Assembly: GCA_963717505.1 (NCBI GenBank)
Contig: OY970342.1
Location: 736,001 to 800,000, forward strand
Length of the DNA: 64,000 nucleotides
Direction of reading: 5' to 3'
From: Candidatus Eiseniibacteriota bacterium
GTDB taxonomy: Bacteria > Eisenbacteria > RBG-16-71-46
How positions within the stretch are numbered: position 1 is the stretch's first letter; the number at the start of each line of letters is the position of its first letter. The translations under genes were made by a program, and so were the position numbers. Of the stretch, positions 45,649-54,541 are shown in pieces. The notes beneath the pieces were generated by a model, which saw only the letters and a list, made by a program, of their open reading frames with translations, did not search any database and was not told where the DNA came from.

Positions 45649-47142
45649 TCATCGTCCCCCGGGGACCCGGGCTTTAGCGTCACGTTCAGTCCAGAAAGAG
45701 GCGACGGCCGCGGCCGGAGCCACCCACGCTCCGGAGGCGGCAAGCCATTGCAGGGTTTCGACATAGGCATGCCACCATCCGGGAAACTGTCGTTCCGCCG
45801 CAGCATTGGGGTGCCACAATAGCACCGCAAGCCCGCCGCACGCAGCGACCCGCTCGAGGTGGGATCGCGTGCGCGCTGCAGCGCCTGGGCCATCCAGCCC
45901 AAGGCTCCGGAACAGGGTTCCGTCCATCAGGGTCAGGGGCAGCTCGAGCAGATCGTGGGCGGAACGCGTCTCGGGATTCCAAGGTCGGAAGGGCGCCGCG
46001 ATGCCCGACCGGAATCCGACCGCCTCGTTGTAGCCCAGGGTCGAATCGTACGTGAGACCCGCCGCCCTCTGGGCCGACCACGTGCGGCGGACGTCGAAGC
46101 GCAGGAAGTGCTGGCGACCGCCCGAAATTGGCGATCGCGACGCGCCCTCGACCGAGCGCCGCTGGCGCGCCAGCTCGGCCGCGTCGCCGTGGCTCAGGTA
46201 GCTGCCATGGAGTCCGATCTCGTACCCGCGCGCATCGAGCCGTTCCATCATTCCGGCCACGGTCGTCCTGCGGCCGTCGAACGACACCGGATCGTTCCAG
46301 CCGTAGGTCGGGTCCAACTCGTGCCGGCGCGACGAGTAGAGCGGGACGAAGTACCAGGAGGACCGGAATCCATGCTGCTCCTCGGCCGAGGTCCATTGGT
46401 AGAAGTTGTCGTAGGGATCGGGCGAGCGGTCTCCGGCCATGCGGCGCAGCGACGCGGCCGCCGAGCGCGCGGCGGCGCGCAGGCCGTCGCGCACCGCGAA
46501 CGACCCAAGGCTGCGAGCACACGCGAGCCGCCGAGCCGCGCCCGCCATCGACCACAATGCGACGTCGTCGACGTCGTGGGTGAGCGCCACCGCGAAACGC
46601 GCGCCGTCGGGCCAGCGCGGGATCCGCTCGGGCTCGCGGCCGCGCGCCGCGTGCCAGGCGCGAATGCGCGACTCGAGTTGAGCAGCGCACAGGTTCACCA
46701 GTGGCGCATCGAGCACCCCCAGCTCGTGCATGCGCGACCACGTGCCCTTGAAGCAACCCCACTCGTCGCGCCGGTCGTCGAGGAACTCCTCCTCGCGCGC
46801 GAGCTGGAAGCCGAGGCTGCGCAGCCACTCGGCGGGCAGCACGCGGTCGGTCCACGGCGCGGCGACGCCACCCGGGCAGGGAACCGGCACACCGTCGACG
46901 TCGGCGAGCCGCAAACTCTCGGGTTCCCAGCGCGGCCATAGATCGCAAGCCAGAACCTGCGCCATGGCTGCGGGCGCGTTCGCGATCGGGCCGACGAACA
47001 CCGGGGCCTCGTCGTCGCCGAGTCGTTCGCCGAGCCGCATCGTGCGCCAACGCATCTCGAGCAGCGTGGCAACCGTTTCGACCGTCCAGCGGGCGAGCGG
47101 CAACTCCCACGCAACCGGATCGAAGACGAAGGCGACGCTCAA
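45649..47142 (-). CDS. Polysaccharide deacetylase family protein
   Basis: LTHDVD, EIGLHGSY, RQHFLRF, YDSTLGY, ELPLTLMD, LLWHPN. Confidence 0.88.
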   Translation of the reverse strand: MSVAFVFDPVAWELPLARWTVETVATLLEMRWRTMRLGERLGDDEAPVFVGPIANAPAAMAQVLACDLWPRWEPESLRLADVDGVPVPCPGGVAAPWTDRVLPAEWLRSLGFQLAREEEFLDDRRDEWGCFKGTWSRMHELGVLDAPLVNLCAAQLESRIRAWHAARGREPERIPRWPDGARFAVALTHDVDDVALWSMAGAARRLACARSLGSFAVRDGLRAAARSAAASLRRMAGDRSPDPYDNFYQWTSAEEQHGFRSSWYFVPLYSSRRHELDPTYGWNDPVSFDGRRTTVAGMMERLDARGYEIGLHGSYLSHGDAAELARQRRSVEGASRSPISGGRQHFLRFDVRRTWSAQRAAGLTYDSTLGYNEAVGFRSGIAAPFRPWNPETRSAHDLLELPLTLMDGTLFRSLGLDGPGAAARTRSHLERVAACGGLAVLLWHPNAAAERQFPGWWHAYVETLQWLAASGAWVAPAAAVASFWTERDAKARVPGGR

Positions 47143-48225
47143 GCGCCCGGCTCCAGCAGTCGCTGGTACTCGGTGAGTAGAGTGCCGGCGACCGCGCGGG
47201 CGTCATGGCGCGAGCGCACGAACTCCGGCCCCCGTGCGCCGAACGCAGCGCGCCTTGCCGGATCGCGAATCAGGTTGCGCAGGACGTCTTGAATGGTCGC
47301 GGGCTCGGCGCTGACCACCGGCACGTCGGGGTGCGCGCGAAAGAAGTCATCGCGCAGGTAGGCGATCACCGGTTTGCCCTCGGCCATTCCTTCGATCGCG
47401 AGCAACCCGTACCAGCCCATCATGAGCTGGTCGACCAGGATGTCGCACTCGGCGAGGAACGCCGGCATCTCGGCCCAGGGCCGCTTCTCGATCAGACGCA
47501 GCTCGAGCTTCGGGAACTCGGAACGCAGGCGTTCGACGGCGGCCACCACGTGGTCCGTGCCCTTGATCAGCCGGTTGGTCGGCGCATGGGCGACGACCAC
47601 CGGACCGTGGACGCCGTCGCGGCGGTCGGGGAACGGCAGCGCGTGGTCGCGACCGGCCGCGATCCAGCGATCGCTCTCGATCGCGAGCGGCAGGTTCACG
47701 CCGTGCGGCACCGACTCGGCGAGGTCCAGGGTCGAGAAGAACTGGGCGTCGGCGTGACGCGCCGCGTCGGCGAGCAGCCTCTTCTGCTGGCTCGGAATGC
47801 AGAACGGGGCGCACTCGGTGCAGGTCGCGAGCCGATGGTGGGTGATCATGTGCGCGCGATTGCGCACCTCGCAGCCGTGAAAGTGGTAGACGACGACCTT
47901 GCCCATGGCATGCAGCAGCGGCACGTCGAGCCGGCGCGGCAGGAACGAAGTGCCGAAGTGCAGGTGGAACACGTCGAAGAACGACGCCCATCGGCTGAAA
48001 GCCGCCCCCATCAGCAGCCGCCCGGCCCGGCAGCCCAAAGGCACGCTCCAGGTCGACGACGATGTCGCTCACCCTCCCGTCCCAATCGACCCTGTACGAG
48101 AACGAGCGGGCATCGACCCCGAGTGAGGCGAGCCCGCGCGCTAGCACCAGGCCCTGGCCGGCGACCTCGTACATTCCATGCAGCACGCGCATCGGACGAT
48201 TTCGAAACAGCGGCGTCTCGCTCAT
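47139..48225 (-). CDS. Glycosyltransferase (GT4-like); frameshift near 48020
   Basis: N-terminus MRVLHGMYEVAGQG in one frame; FDVFHLHF, HAPTNRLIKGT, DQLMMGWYGLLAIEGMAEGKPV in the next. Confidence 0.82.
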
Positions 48226-48944
48226 GCGCGTCCGAATCGCCCGGGATCGAGAAGGCGAATGGCGGCGCCGCGCGCCAGGCTCACGCCCAACGAAAAGCTG
48301 GGCTGGCGCACGAACTTGACCGCCTGACTGCGCCACTCGTTCCAGATCGACGGACGACGCGTGACGAACTTGCGTGGCGACTCGAGCAGGGCCCGGCGGA
48401 TCCCGGCGTCGTCGCGCGGCCGGTCGCCCTCGAACTCGATGCGCGCCAGCATCAGCTCGCCGACCCGATGGGCGTCGGGGCCGACGACCTGCGGCCGACC
48501 GTGCTCGCGCGCCAACACCTCGGCCTGCCCGTTGTCCCACGCCGTGCACCGTGCGTTGTACACCTCGATCAGGTCTACGCGCTCGAGCAGCTCATTTGTG
48601 AGGCGATGCCATTTATAAGGATGCGGTAGCGATACCAAACCGCCCTGGGCGTGCACGGCGTCGCAGAATGCGAGCGCATTGGTCTCGGTCACGTCGCTGC
48701 TCAACAGCATGCCGATCAAATCCCCTTGATCGGTGAGCCTCTCGGTCGCCAGCACGACGTGCAGGTCGAGCTTCTCGGCGGCCGCAGCGGCGCGGGCGTC
48801 GACCGAGCCCTGCCAGGTGTCGTGGTCGGTGACCACCAGCACGTGAACGCCTTCTTTGGCCGCGTGACGCACCAAGGCGACTGGATCCGCCATCGAATCG
48901 AACGAGTGCCGCGTGTGGACGTGCTGCACCAGCGTCCAGGTCAT
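48222..48944 (-). CDS. PHP domain phosphoesterase
   Basis: HVHTRHSFD, VTDHD, PHPY, EVYNAR, DAH. ATG overlaps the upstream TGA. Confidence 0.88.
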   Translation of the reverse strand: MTWTLVQHVHTRHSFDSMADPVALVRHAAKEGVHVLVVTDHDTWQGSVDARAAAAAEKLDLHVVLATERLTDQGDLIGMLLSSDVTETNALAFCDAVHAQGGLVSLPHPYKWHRLTNELLERVDLIEVYNARCTAWDNGQAEVLAREHGRPQVVGPDAHRVGELMLARIEFEGDRPRDDAGIRRALLESPRKFVTRRPSIWNEWRSQAVKFVRQPSFSLGVSLARGAAIRLLDPGRFGRA

Positions 48945-50110
48945 TTCGTGTCCCGTTGCTCGCGAAAGGCACCAGGCGCCGAGCGCGCCCACTGGATGAA
49001 CTCGCGCCAGGTCGGCCCGGGATCGTCGCGGCGCCAGGTGTGCGCGACCTTGGACGACAGGGCGTCGGCGAGCACTGAGCCCAGCGCGCGGGGCCGAAAC
49101 AAGCCGTGCCACAGGTCGCCGCCCAGCGGCCACGACATACGCACCGCACGCACCGGCGCCTGCGGCGGCAGCGATCGGCCCTCGAGCATCGCCGCCAGAT
49201 CCCCCGGGAAGTCGACGCCCGCGGCCAGTGCCAGGTCGTGTGAGCCCCAGAACTTGGCGTTGATCTCCACGAGCGCCAGCGTACCGCGCTCGGGATCGCC
49301 CTTGAACTCGACCATCGCGACGCCGTGCCAGCGCAGGGCATCGAGGAGCTGCGTGCCGAAGCGCGCGATCACCGGCTGAACGGGCACCGACTCGGCGCAC
49401 GCGCTGGTGCCGCCGGTGGGCGGCCACTCGCGCACCCGCCTATGCATGAACGAACGAAGCCGAGTTCCATTCCAATACAACGCCGAAAAGCCCCAGCCGT
49501 CGCCGGCGATGAACTCCTGCGCCAGCACCGCGCCCGACGAGCCCTGCTGCACGGCCGCGAATGCCGCGTCCAGCTCGCGTTCGGCGCGCACGTAGCGCAG
49601 CACCTTGCGCCCCTCCTCCGACGCCGACTTGAGCACCAGCGGCAGGCCGAGGTCGGCGAGTGCCGCGCGCGCCGCACCGGCATCGGCCACTTGGCGCTCG
49701 CGCGGCGCGCGCAGGCCCAGCGAGCGGGCCAGGTCGCCGCTCCGCCGTTTGTCGTTGGCGACCTCGAGGGACTCGCGCGGCGGCAGCGCGCAGCGCACGC
49801 CGGGCGGAAGCGAGTCGCGCAACCGATGCGCCGCGGCCACCCCGCCGGTGCCGACCGGAATCAGGCTCACCGGGGCCAGCTCGGCTGCGATCGCCGCCAG
49901 CCGGAGGTCGTACCCAGGCTCCGACGGCCAGGGTGCGGCGTGCCAGGCGCGGGTGAAGCGAGAATGGACGGAAGGCGCCTTGGCCGAGCGCGCGACCACG
50001 TGCACCTCGTGCTTGCGCGCGGCGAGTGCCCGCACGATCCCGAGCGTGTGCTTGAACTCGCCGTCGGTGACCAACACGCGGCCGGGCGTCATCTGGGTTT
50101 CTTGCGTCAT
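48941..50110 (-). CDS. ATP-grasp carboxylate-amine ligase (polysaccharide-modification type)
   Basis: VLVTDG, PLVLK, QEFIAG, HRRVREWPPTGGTS, AMVEFK, EINAKFWGS. Confidence 0.88.
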   Translation of the reverse strand: MTQETQMTPGRVLVTDGEFKHTLGIVRALAARKHEVHVVARSAKAPSVHSRFTRAWHAAPWPSEPGYDLRLAAIAAELAPVSLIPVGTGGVAAAHRLRDSLPPGVRCALPPRESLEVANDKRRSGDLARSLGLRAPRERQVADAGAARAALADLGLPLVLKSASEEGRKVLRYVRAERELDAAFAAVQQGSSGAVLAQEFIAGDGWGFSALYWNGTRLRSFMHRRVREWPPTGGTSACAESVPVQPVIARFGTQLLDALRWHGVAMVEFKGDPERGTLALVEINAKFWGSHDLALAAGVDFPGDLAAMLEGRSLPPQAPVRAVRMSWPLGGDLWHGLFRPRALGSVLADALSSKVAHTWRRDDPGPTWREFIQWARSAPGAFREQRDTK

Positions 50111-50120
50111 CCGGCGCAGT

Positions 50121-51287
50121 CTACCGGTCGCGGGCGTCGCCGCGCTTGCTCGCGGCACACGCGCCGCCATTCCTGGCCGTGGCGCCGGCGGACCGCATCA
50201 GCTTACGCGCGATGCCGGTGAGCGCCACGCCGGGGCGATCAGGATTCACCCAGCGAATTCCGGCCCCGCGCGTCCTGCGTTCATGGCCACGATCGACCTG
50301 CGGGGCGGCAGCGGGAACGGCTCCTGTCCAGGGCGCGACCACGATGTCGCGATGGGTGATCCGATGACGCAAGCGAAGGTGGGTGTCGGTCAGGGGTACC
50401 CGAATGCCGAGTGCGCCGAGCACGCGCGTGAGTCGTCGGCCCACGGCTCGTGGATCGGCGGATCCATCGACCTCGACGAACGGCGGTTCCCACATGCCGT
50501 CGAGCAGCGTGCCCCTGCGGCGCGTGACCAGGATGCGAGTCCCCCGACGCACGACCGCCGCAGCCCAGTGCACGCGCTCTGTCGCTTTGCGCTTCGCCGC
50601 CGGCGGGTAACGGCTCACGACACCGCGCGCGTGAGCAACACAAAGGCTCCTGACCGGGCACTCGTCGCAGCGTGGTGCTCGCGGCGTGCAGATCCGCGCG
50701 CCCAGCTCCATCAGCGCCTGATTCCACTCGCCCGCGCCGCGTCGCGGCACCAGCCGCTCCGCCAGCTCCCAGAGCGCCTTGGCGCCGCGCGGGTCGCGCA
50801 CTGACCACGGTCGTGCCGCGAGCCGCGCCAGAACCCGCGCGACGTTGCCGTCAAGCACCGGCAGTGCCCGGTCGAAAGCTATGGAGAGGACTGCCCCGCG
50901 GGTGTAGCGGCCCACGCCGGGCAAGCCTCCGAACGCGTCCTCGTCGGACGGCACCTGACCCGCGTGGTCGCGCACCACCGTGCGCGCCGCGGCCAGCAGG
51001 TGACGCGCACGACGGTAGTAGCCGAGGCCCGACCAAGCGGCGAGCACATCGGCTTCGCGGGCGCGGGCGAGACGCTCGACCGTCGGGAATCGCTCGAGAA
51101 AGCTCTGATAGAATGGCAACGCCGTGGCGACCTGGGTCTGCTGCAGCATGACTTCGGAAACCCAGATTCGGTAGGGATCGCGGGTCCGTCGCCAGGGCAG
51201 GTCGCGGCGATGCCTCCGGTACCATCGCTCGAGATCGCGGTGCAACGCGGCCGGGATGCCGGGATCCGCGAGGGCCGCGGAAGGCAC
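50121..51287 (-). CDS. mutY: A/G-specific adenine glycosylase MutY
   Basis: RDLPWR, WVSEVMLQQTQV, WSGLGYY, LPGVGRYT, DGNVARV, NQALMELGARIC...C..CP....C. Start estimated at GTG 51287. Confidence 0.95.
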   Translation of the reverse strand: MPSAALADPGIPAALHRDLERWYRRHRRDLPWRRTRDPYRIWVSEVMLQQTQVATALPFYQSFLERFPTVERLARAREADVLAAWSGLGYYRRARHLLAAARTVVRDHAGQVPSDEDAFGGLPGVGRYTRGAVLSIAFDRALPVLDGNVARVLARLAARPWSVRDPRGAKALWELAERLVPRRGAGEWNQALMELGARICTPRAPRCDECPVRSLCVAHARGVVSRYPPAAKRKATERVHWAAAVVRRGTRILVTRRRGTLLDGMWEPPFVEVDGSADPRAVGRRLTRVLGALGIRVPLTDTHLRLRHRITHRDIVVAPWTGAVPAAAPQVDRGHERRTRGAGIRWVNPDRPGVALTGIARKLMRSAGATARNGGACAASKRGDARDR

Positions 51288-51294
51288 GTTCGAA

Positions 51295-52125
51295 ATGACC
51301 GACATCCGCTCCGACTTCGTTCGCATGGTCGAGGGTCCCGAGGACTCGATCGAGCTGGCGCGCGCCGCCCTGCTGGTCGCCGCCGAATCCGATCCCAACA
51401 TGGATGTCGACACCGAGCTCCGCCAGCTCGACCGCTGGGCCGTCGAGCTGGTCGCGCGCATGGATCCGAGCTGGAACAACCTGCAGAAACTCGCCCGCTT
51501 GCGCTCGTTCGTGTTCGAGGATCTCGGATTCCGTGGCGACCGGAAACACTACTACAACCCCAGCAACTCGCTGCTTCACGAGGTGTTCCGGCGGCGGCTC
51601 GGGATTCCACTCACGCTCGGCATCATCATGATGGAGCTGGGTTGGCGCGTCGGCATCCCCTTCGAGGGCGTCGGCTTTCCCGGCCACTTCCTGGTGCGAT
51701 TGTCGGGCGAAGCGCAGGACCTGATTCTCGATCCCTACGCGCGAGGCATGTCGGTCCACGAGGAAGACTGTCGGCGCATGCTGCAGGAGGCGACCGGCGG
51801 ACGGCTCGAGTTCGACGAGGACCTGCTGGTGTCGATCGGCAAGCGGGCGATGCTCATGCGACTGCTGTCGAACCTCAAAGGCGCCTACCTGCGAGCCGGG
51901 CAGGACGAACTCGCGCTGGCCTCGGTGGATCGACTGCTGGTGCTGCAACCCGGCGATCCCGACGAGATGCGCGATCGCGGGCTCTTGCTCTACCGGCTGC
52001 GCCGCTACTGGCCGGCGCTCGAGATCCTGAAAGCGTGGTTGGAGAATCAGCCCGATGCTCCCGATCGCGAGTTGATCGAGAAGCACGTGGTGGCGCTCCG
52101 ACACCTGGTGTCGAGCCTGAACTGA
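51295..52125 (+). CDS. SirB1/YchA family protein (transglutaminase-like plus TPR)
   Basis: GFRGDRKHYYNPSNSLL, GIPLTL, GVGFPGHFLVR, RLLSNLK, RDRGLL. Confidence 0.9.
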   Translation: MTDIRSDFVRMVEGPEDSIELARAALLVAAESDPNMDVDTELRQLDRWAVELVARMDPSWNNLQKLARLRSFVFEDLGFRGDRKHYYNPSNSLLHEVFRRRLGIPLTLGIIMMELGWRVGIPFEGVGFPGHFLVRLSGEAQDLILDPYARGMSVHEEDCRRMLQEATGGRLEFDEDLLVSIGKRAMLMRLLSNLKGAYLRAGQDELALASVDRLLVLQPGDPDEMRDRGLLLYRLRRYWPALEILKAWLENQPDAPDRELIEKHVVALRHLVSSLN

Positions 52126-52182
52126 TTCGCTGGGATCCGGGGTTCATCTCGGTCCAGCGCAAGCGCCGAAAGCTCGCCCTGG

Positions 52183-53259
52183 CTACGGTGCGTCGCGAGG
52201 ATCCTCGAACACCAGCGAGTGAAACGTGATGCCCGGTGAATCGGGCGAAAGCTTGAGCACACGTTTCGACTTCGATCGGGCGATCGAATAGAGCCGCGGT
52301 CGATCGACCACGACGAAGGCCGCTCCGCGCGGGTCGAAGCCGACGTCGTCACCCGCTTCCTCGCGCGCGAGCCAGTCGTCGTCGGCGAGAATCCAGATCC
52401 GCGACGATCCGGTTTCGGGCGGCGACAACACAGCCCAGGCATGGCCCCCGTCGTAGCGAACCGAGACGTAGTTCGCGGCACCACCGCGCGCCGCGATCAC
52501 GCCGTCGGTTTCCGGCACCCACCGGCCGACCACGTAGGGGACGTAGGCGTCGCCTTCTTCCTGAAAGCGAAACTGGGCGGTGAAGGTCGCGGCCACACCC
52601 GGCGGACGCCCGGCCAGCGGCCCATGCTCGACGCGCGAAACGCCCAGGTGGACCAGACGCTGAACCGGTACGCGCGCCGGGGGTGGCTCGTCGCCGAGCG
52701 GAAGACCGGCCGACGAATCGACCGCCATGATCGCGGCGCGCAATTCGTAGTCGACGCGCCCGAGCGACTCGCCGATGGCCCGAAACAACACGCGCCCCTC
52801 TGGATTCGAAAGCACCACCGCTGGCCGCAGGCCCGGCATGCCCGGCGCTCCCGACACTTCGTAGGAAGGATCGAGCACGATCGGGAATGTCAGACCCAGT
52901 CGCCGGGCGACGCCCGCGGTGACCGAGGTGTCGGCGGCGAATGCGAACGACGGCGCATGGACGCCGATCACACGCACGCCGTACCGCGCGTAGGCGCGGT
53001 GCCAGGCTTCGGCCTCGGGCAGGAGCTCCAGCGATTGCGGCTCGGATTCGGTCCACACGACCAGCGCCACCATGCGGCCGCGCAGTGATTCGGCGGTCAG
53101 CGGCGCCCCGTTCACCCACATTGCTCCCGGTCCGGGGAGCGGAATCGCGGGCCCATCCGCCGTGGCGGTCGCGCGTTGGCCGGAGCGCATGATTCTGAGC
53201 CCCCACCAGGCTCCCGCGGCGATCGCCGCCAGGATCAAAACCACGCCAAATACGCGCAT
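52183..53259 (-). CDS. Membrane-anchored DipZ-like thioredoxin-fold protein lacking CxxC
   Basis: WVNGAPLTAESLRGRM, VIGVHAPSFAF and C-terminal DRPRLY match DipZ; WTESEPQS stands where WTYSCINC is expected. Confidence 0.75.
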   Translation of the reverse strand: MRVFGVVLILAAIAAGAWWGLRIMRSGQRATATADGPAIPLPGPGAMWVNGAPLTAESLRGRMVALVVWTESEPQSLELLPEAEAWHRAYARYGVRVIGVHAPSFAFAADTSVTAGVARRLGLTFPIVLDPSYEVSGAPGMPGLRPAVVLSNPEGRVLFRAIGESLGRVDYELRAAIMAVDSSAGLPLGDEPPPARVPVQRLVHLGVSRVEHGPLAGRPPGVAATFTAQFRFQEEGDAYVPYVVGRWVPETDGVIAARGGAANYVSVRYDGGHAWAVLSPPETGSSRIWILADDDWLAREEAGDDVGFDPRGAAFVVVDRPRLYSIARSKSKRVLKLSPDSPGITFHSLVFEDPRDAP

Positions 53260-53391
53260 CGCGGCAGTATACGCATCATGCTAGACTGCCGGTCCACTTA
53301 GAGCGCGGCCCACCCGAAGCCGGGTCACGGGTTCCACCGCCTCCCGTAGCCACAGTCATCACCCGGTCGGCCACTCAAGGGAGTTCCGAGA

Positions 53392-54531
53392 ATGAAACGC
53401 TACGCCTCCTGGTTCCTGCTCGTCGCGATCGCGGCGTTCGCCGCCGGTTGCTCCGGCTCGCAGTCGAAGGCTCCGGCCGAGGGCGCGACCGCCCAGCACG
53501 TCGAAGGCTTCAAGATCGGAATCATGACCGGCACCGTGTCGCAGAGCGAAGAGGAGTTCCGCTCGGCGCAGCAGCTCATCAAGAAGTACGGCGACCGGAT
53601 CAAGCACGTCACCTACCCCGACAACTTCATGACCGAGCAGGAGACCGTGATCGCCCAGCTCACCGGCCTCGCCGCCGATCCCGCCGTCAAGGTGATCGTC
53701 GCCAGCCAGGCGATCCCAGGCTCGGTCGCCGCCGCGCGCAAGATTCGCGAGCAGCGCCCGGACATCCTGATCGGGTTCTGCGAGCCGCACGAAGATCCGG
53801 CGATCGTCAACGAGGCGGTGGACATCGCGGTCCAGCCGGACCAGCTGGCCCGCGGCCGCACGATCATCCAGGAAGCCGTGGCGATGGGCGCCAAGCACTT
53901 CGTGCACTACTCGTTCCCGCGCCACATGTCGCAGGAGCTACTGGCGCGCCGTCGCGACATCATGAAGGACGAAGCGGCGAAGCAGGGCATCACGTTCGCA
54001 TTCGTGACCGCTCCGGATCCGATGGCCGAAGGCGGGTTGCCGGCGACCCAGCAGTTCGTGCTCGAGGACCAGCCGCGCCAGATCAAGCGCCTGGGCTCGG
54101 AAACCGCGTTCTTCTCGACCAACTGCGGGATGCAGGAACCGCTGATCAAGTCCGTGCTCGAGAGCGGCGGCTACGTCGCCGAACAGTGCTGCCCGAGCCC
54201 GACGCACGGCTACCCGGCCGCCCTCGGCATCGCAATTCCGCCTGACAAGGCCGGCGACATCGACTTCATCAACGCCGAGAACAAGCGAGTGATCGCCGAG
54301 CACAAGATGAGCGGCCACTTCGGCACCTGGATCGCACCCGAGACCATGGTCATCACCCGCTCGGTGGTGAACCTGCTGGTCGATGCGGTCGACGGTAAGG
54401 CCGACTTCAAGGATCCGGAGACGGTCCGCCGCTACCTGGCCGAGGATGCCAAGGCCAACGTCGTGATCAAGAAGTACGACGACAAGGTCGGCAACACGTA
54501 CCTGTTCCTGCTGGACCACATGGTCTACTGA
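53392..54531 (+). CDS. DUF3798 family ABC transporter substrate-binding lipoprotein
   Basis: Lipobox AAGC, KIGIMTGTVSQSEEEFR, TYPDNFM, FVHYSFPRHMS, FFSTNCGMQEP, CCPSPTHGYP. Confidence 0.88.
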   Translation: MKRYASWFLLVAIAAFAAGCSGSQSKAPAEGATAQHVEGFKIGIMTGTVSQSEEEFRSAQQLIKKYGDRIKHVTYPDNFMTEQETVIAQLTGLAADPAVKVIVASQAIPGSVAAARKIREQRPDILIGFCEPHEDPAIVNEAVDIAVQPDQLARGRTIIQEAVAMGAKHFVHYSFPRHMSQELLARRRDIMKDEAAKQGITFAFVTAPDPMAEGGLPATQQFVLEDQPRQIKRLGSETAFFSTNCGMQEPLIKSVLESGGYVAEQCCPSPTHGYPAALGIAIPPDKAGDIDFINAENKRVIAEHKMSGHFGTWIAPETMVITRSVVNLLVDAVDGKADFKDPETVRRYLAEDAKANVVIKKYDDKVGNTYLFLLDHMVY

Positions 54532-54541
54532 TTTTCCACTC

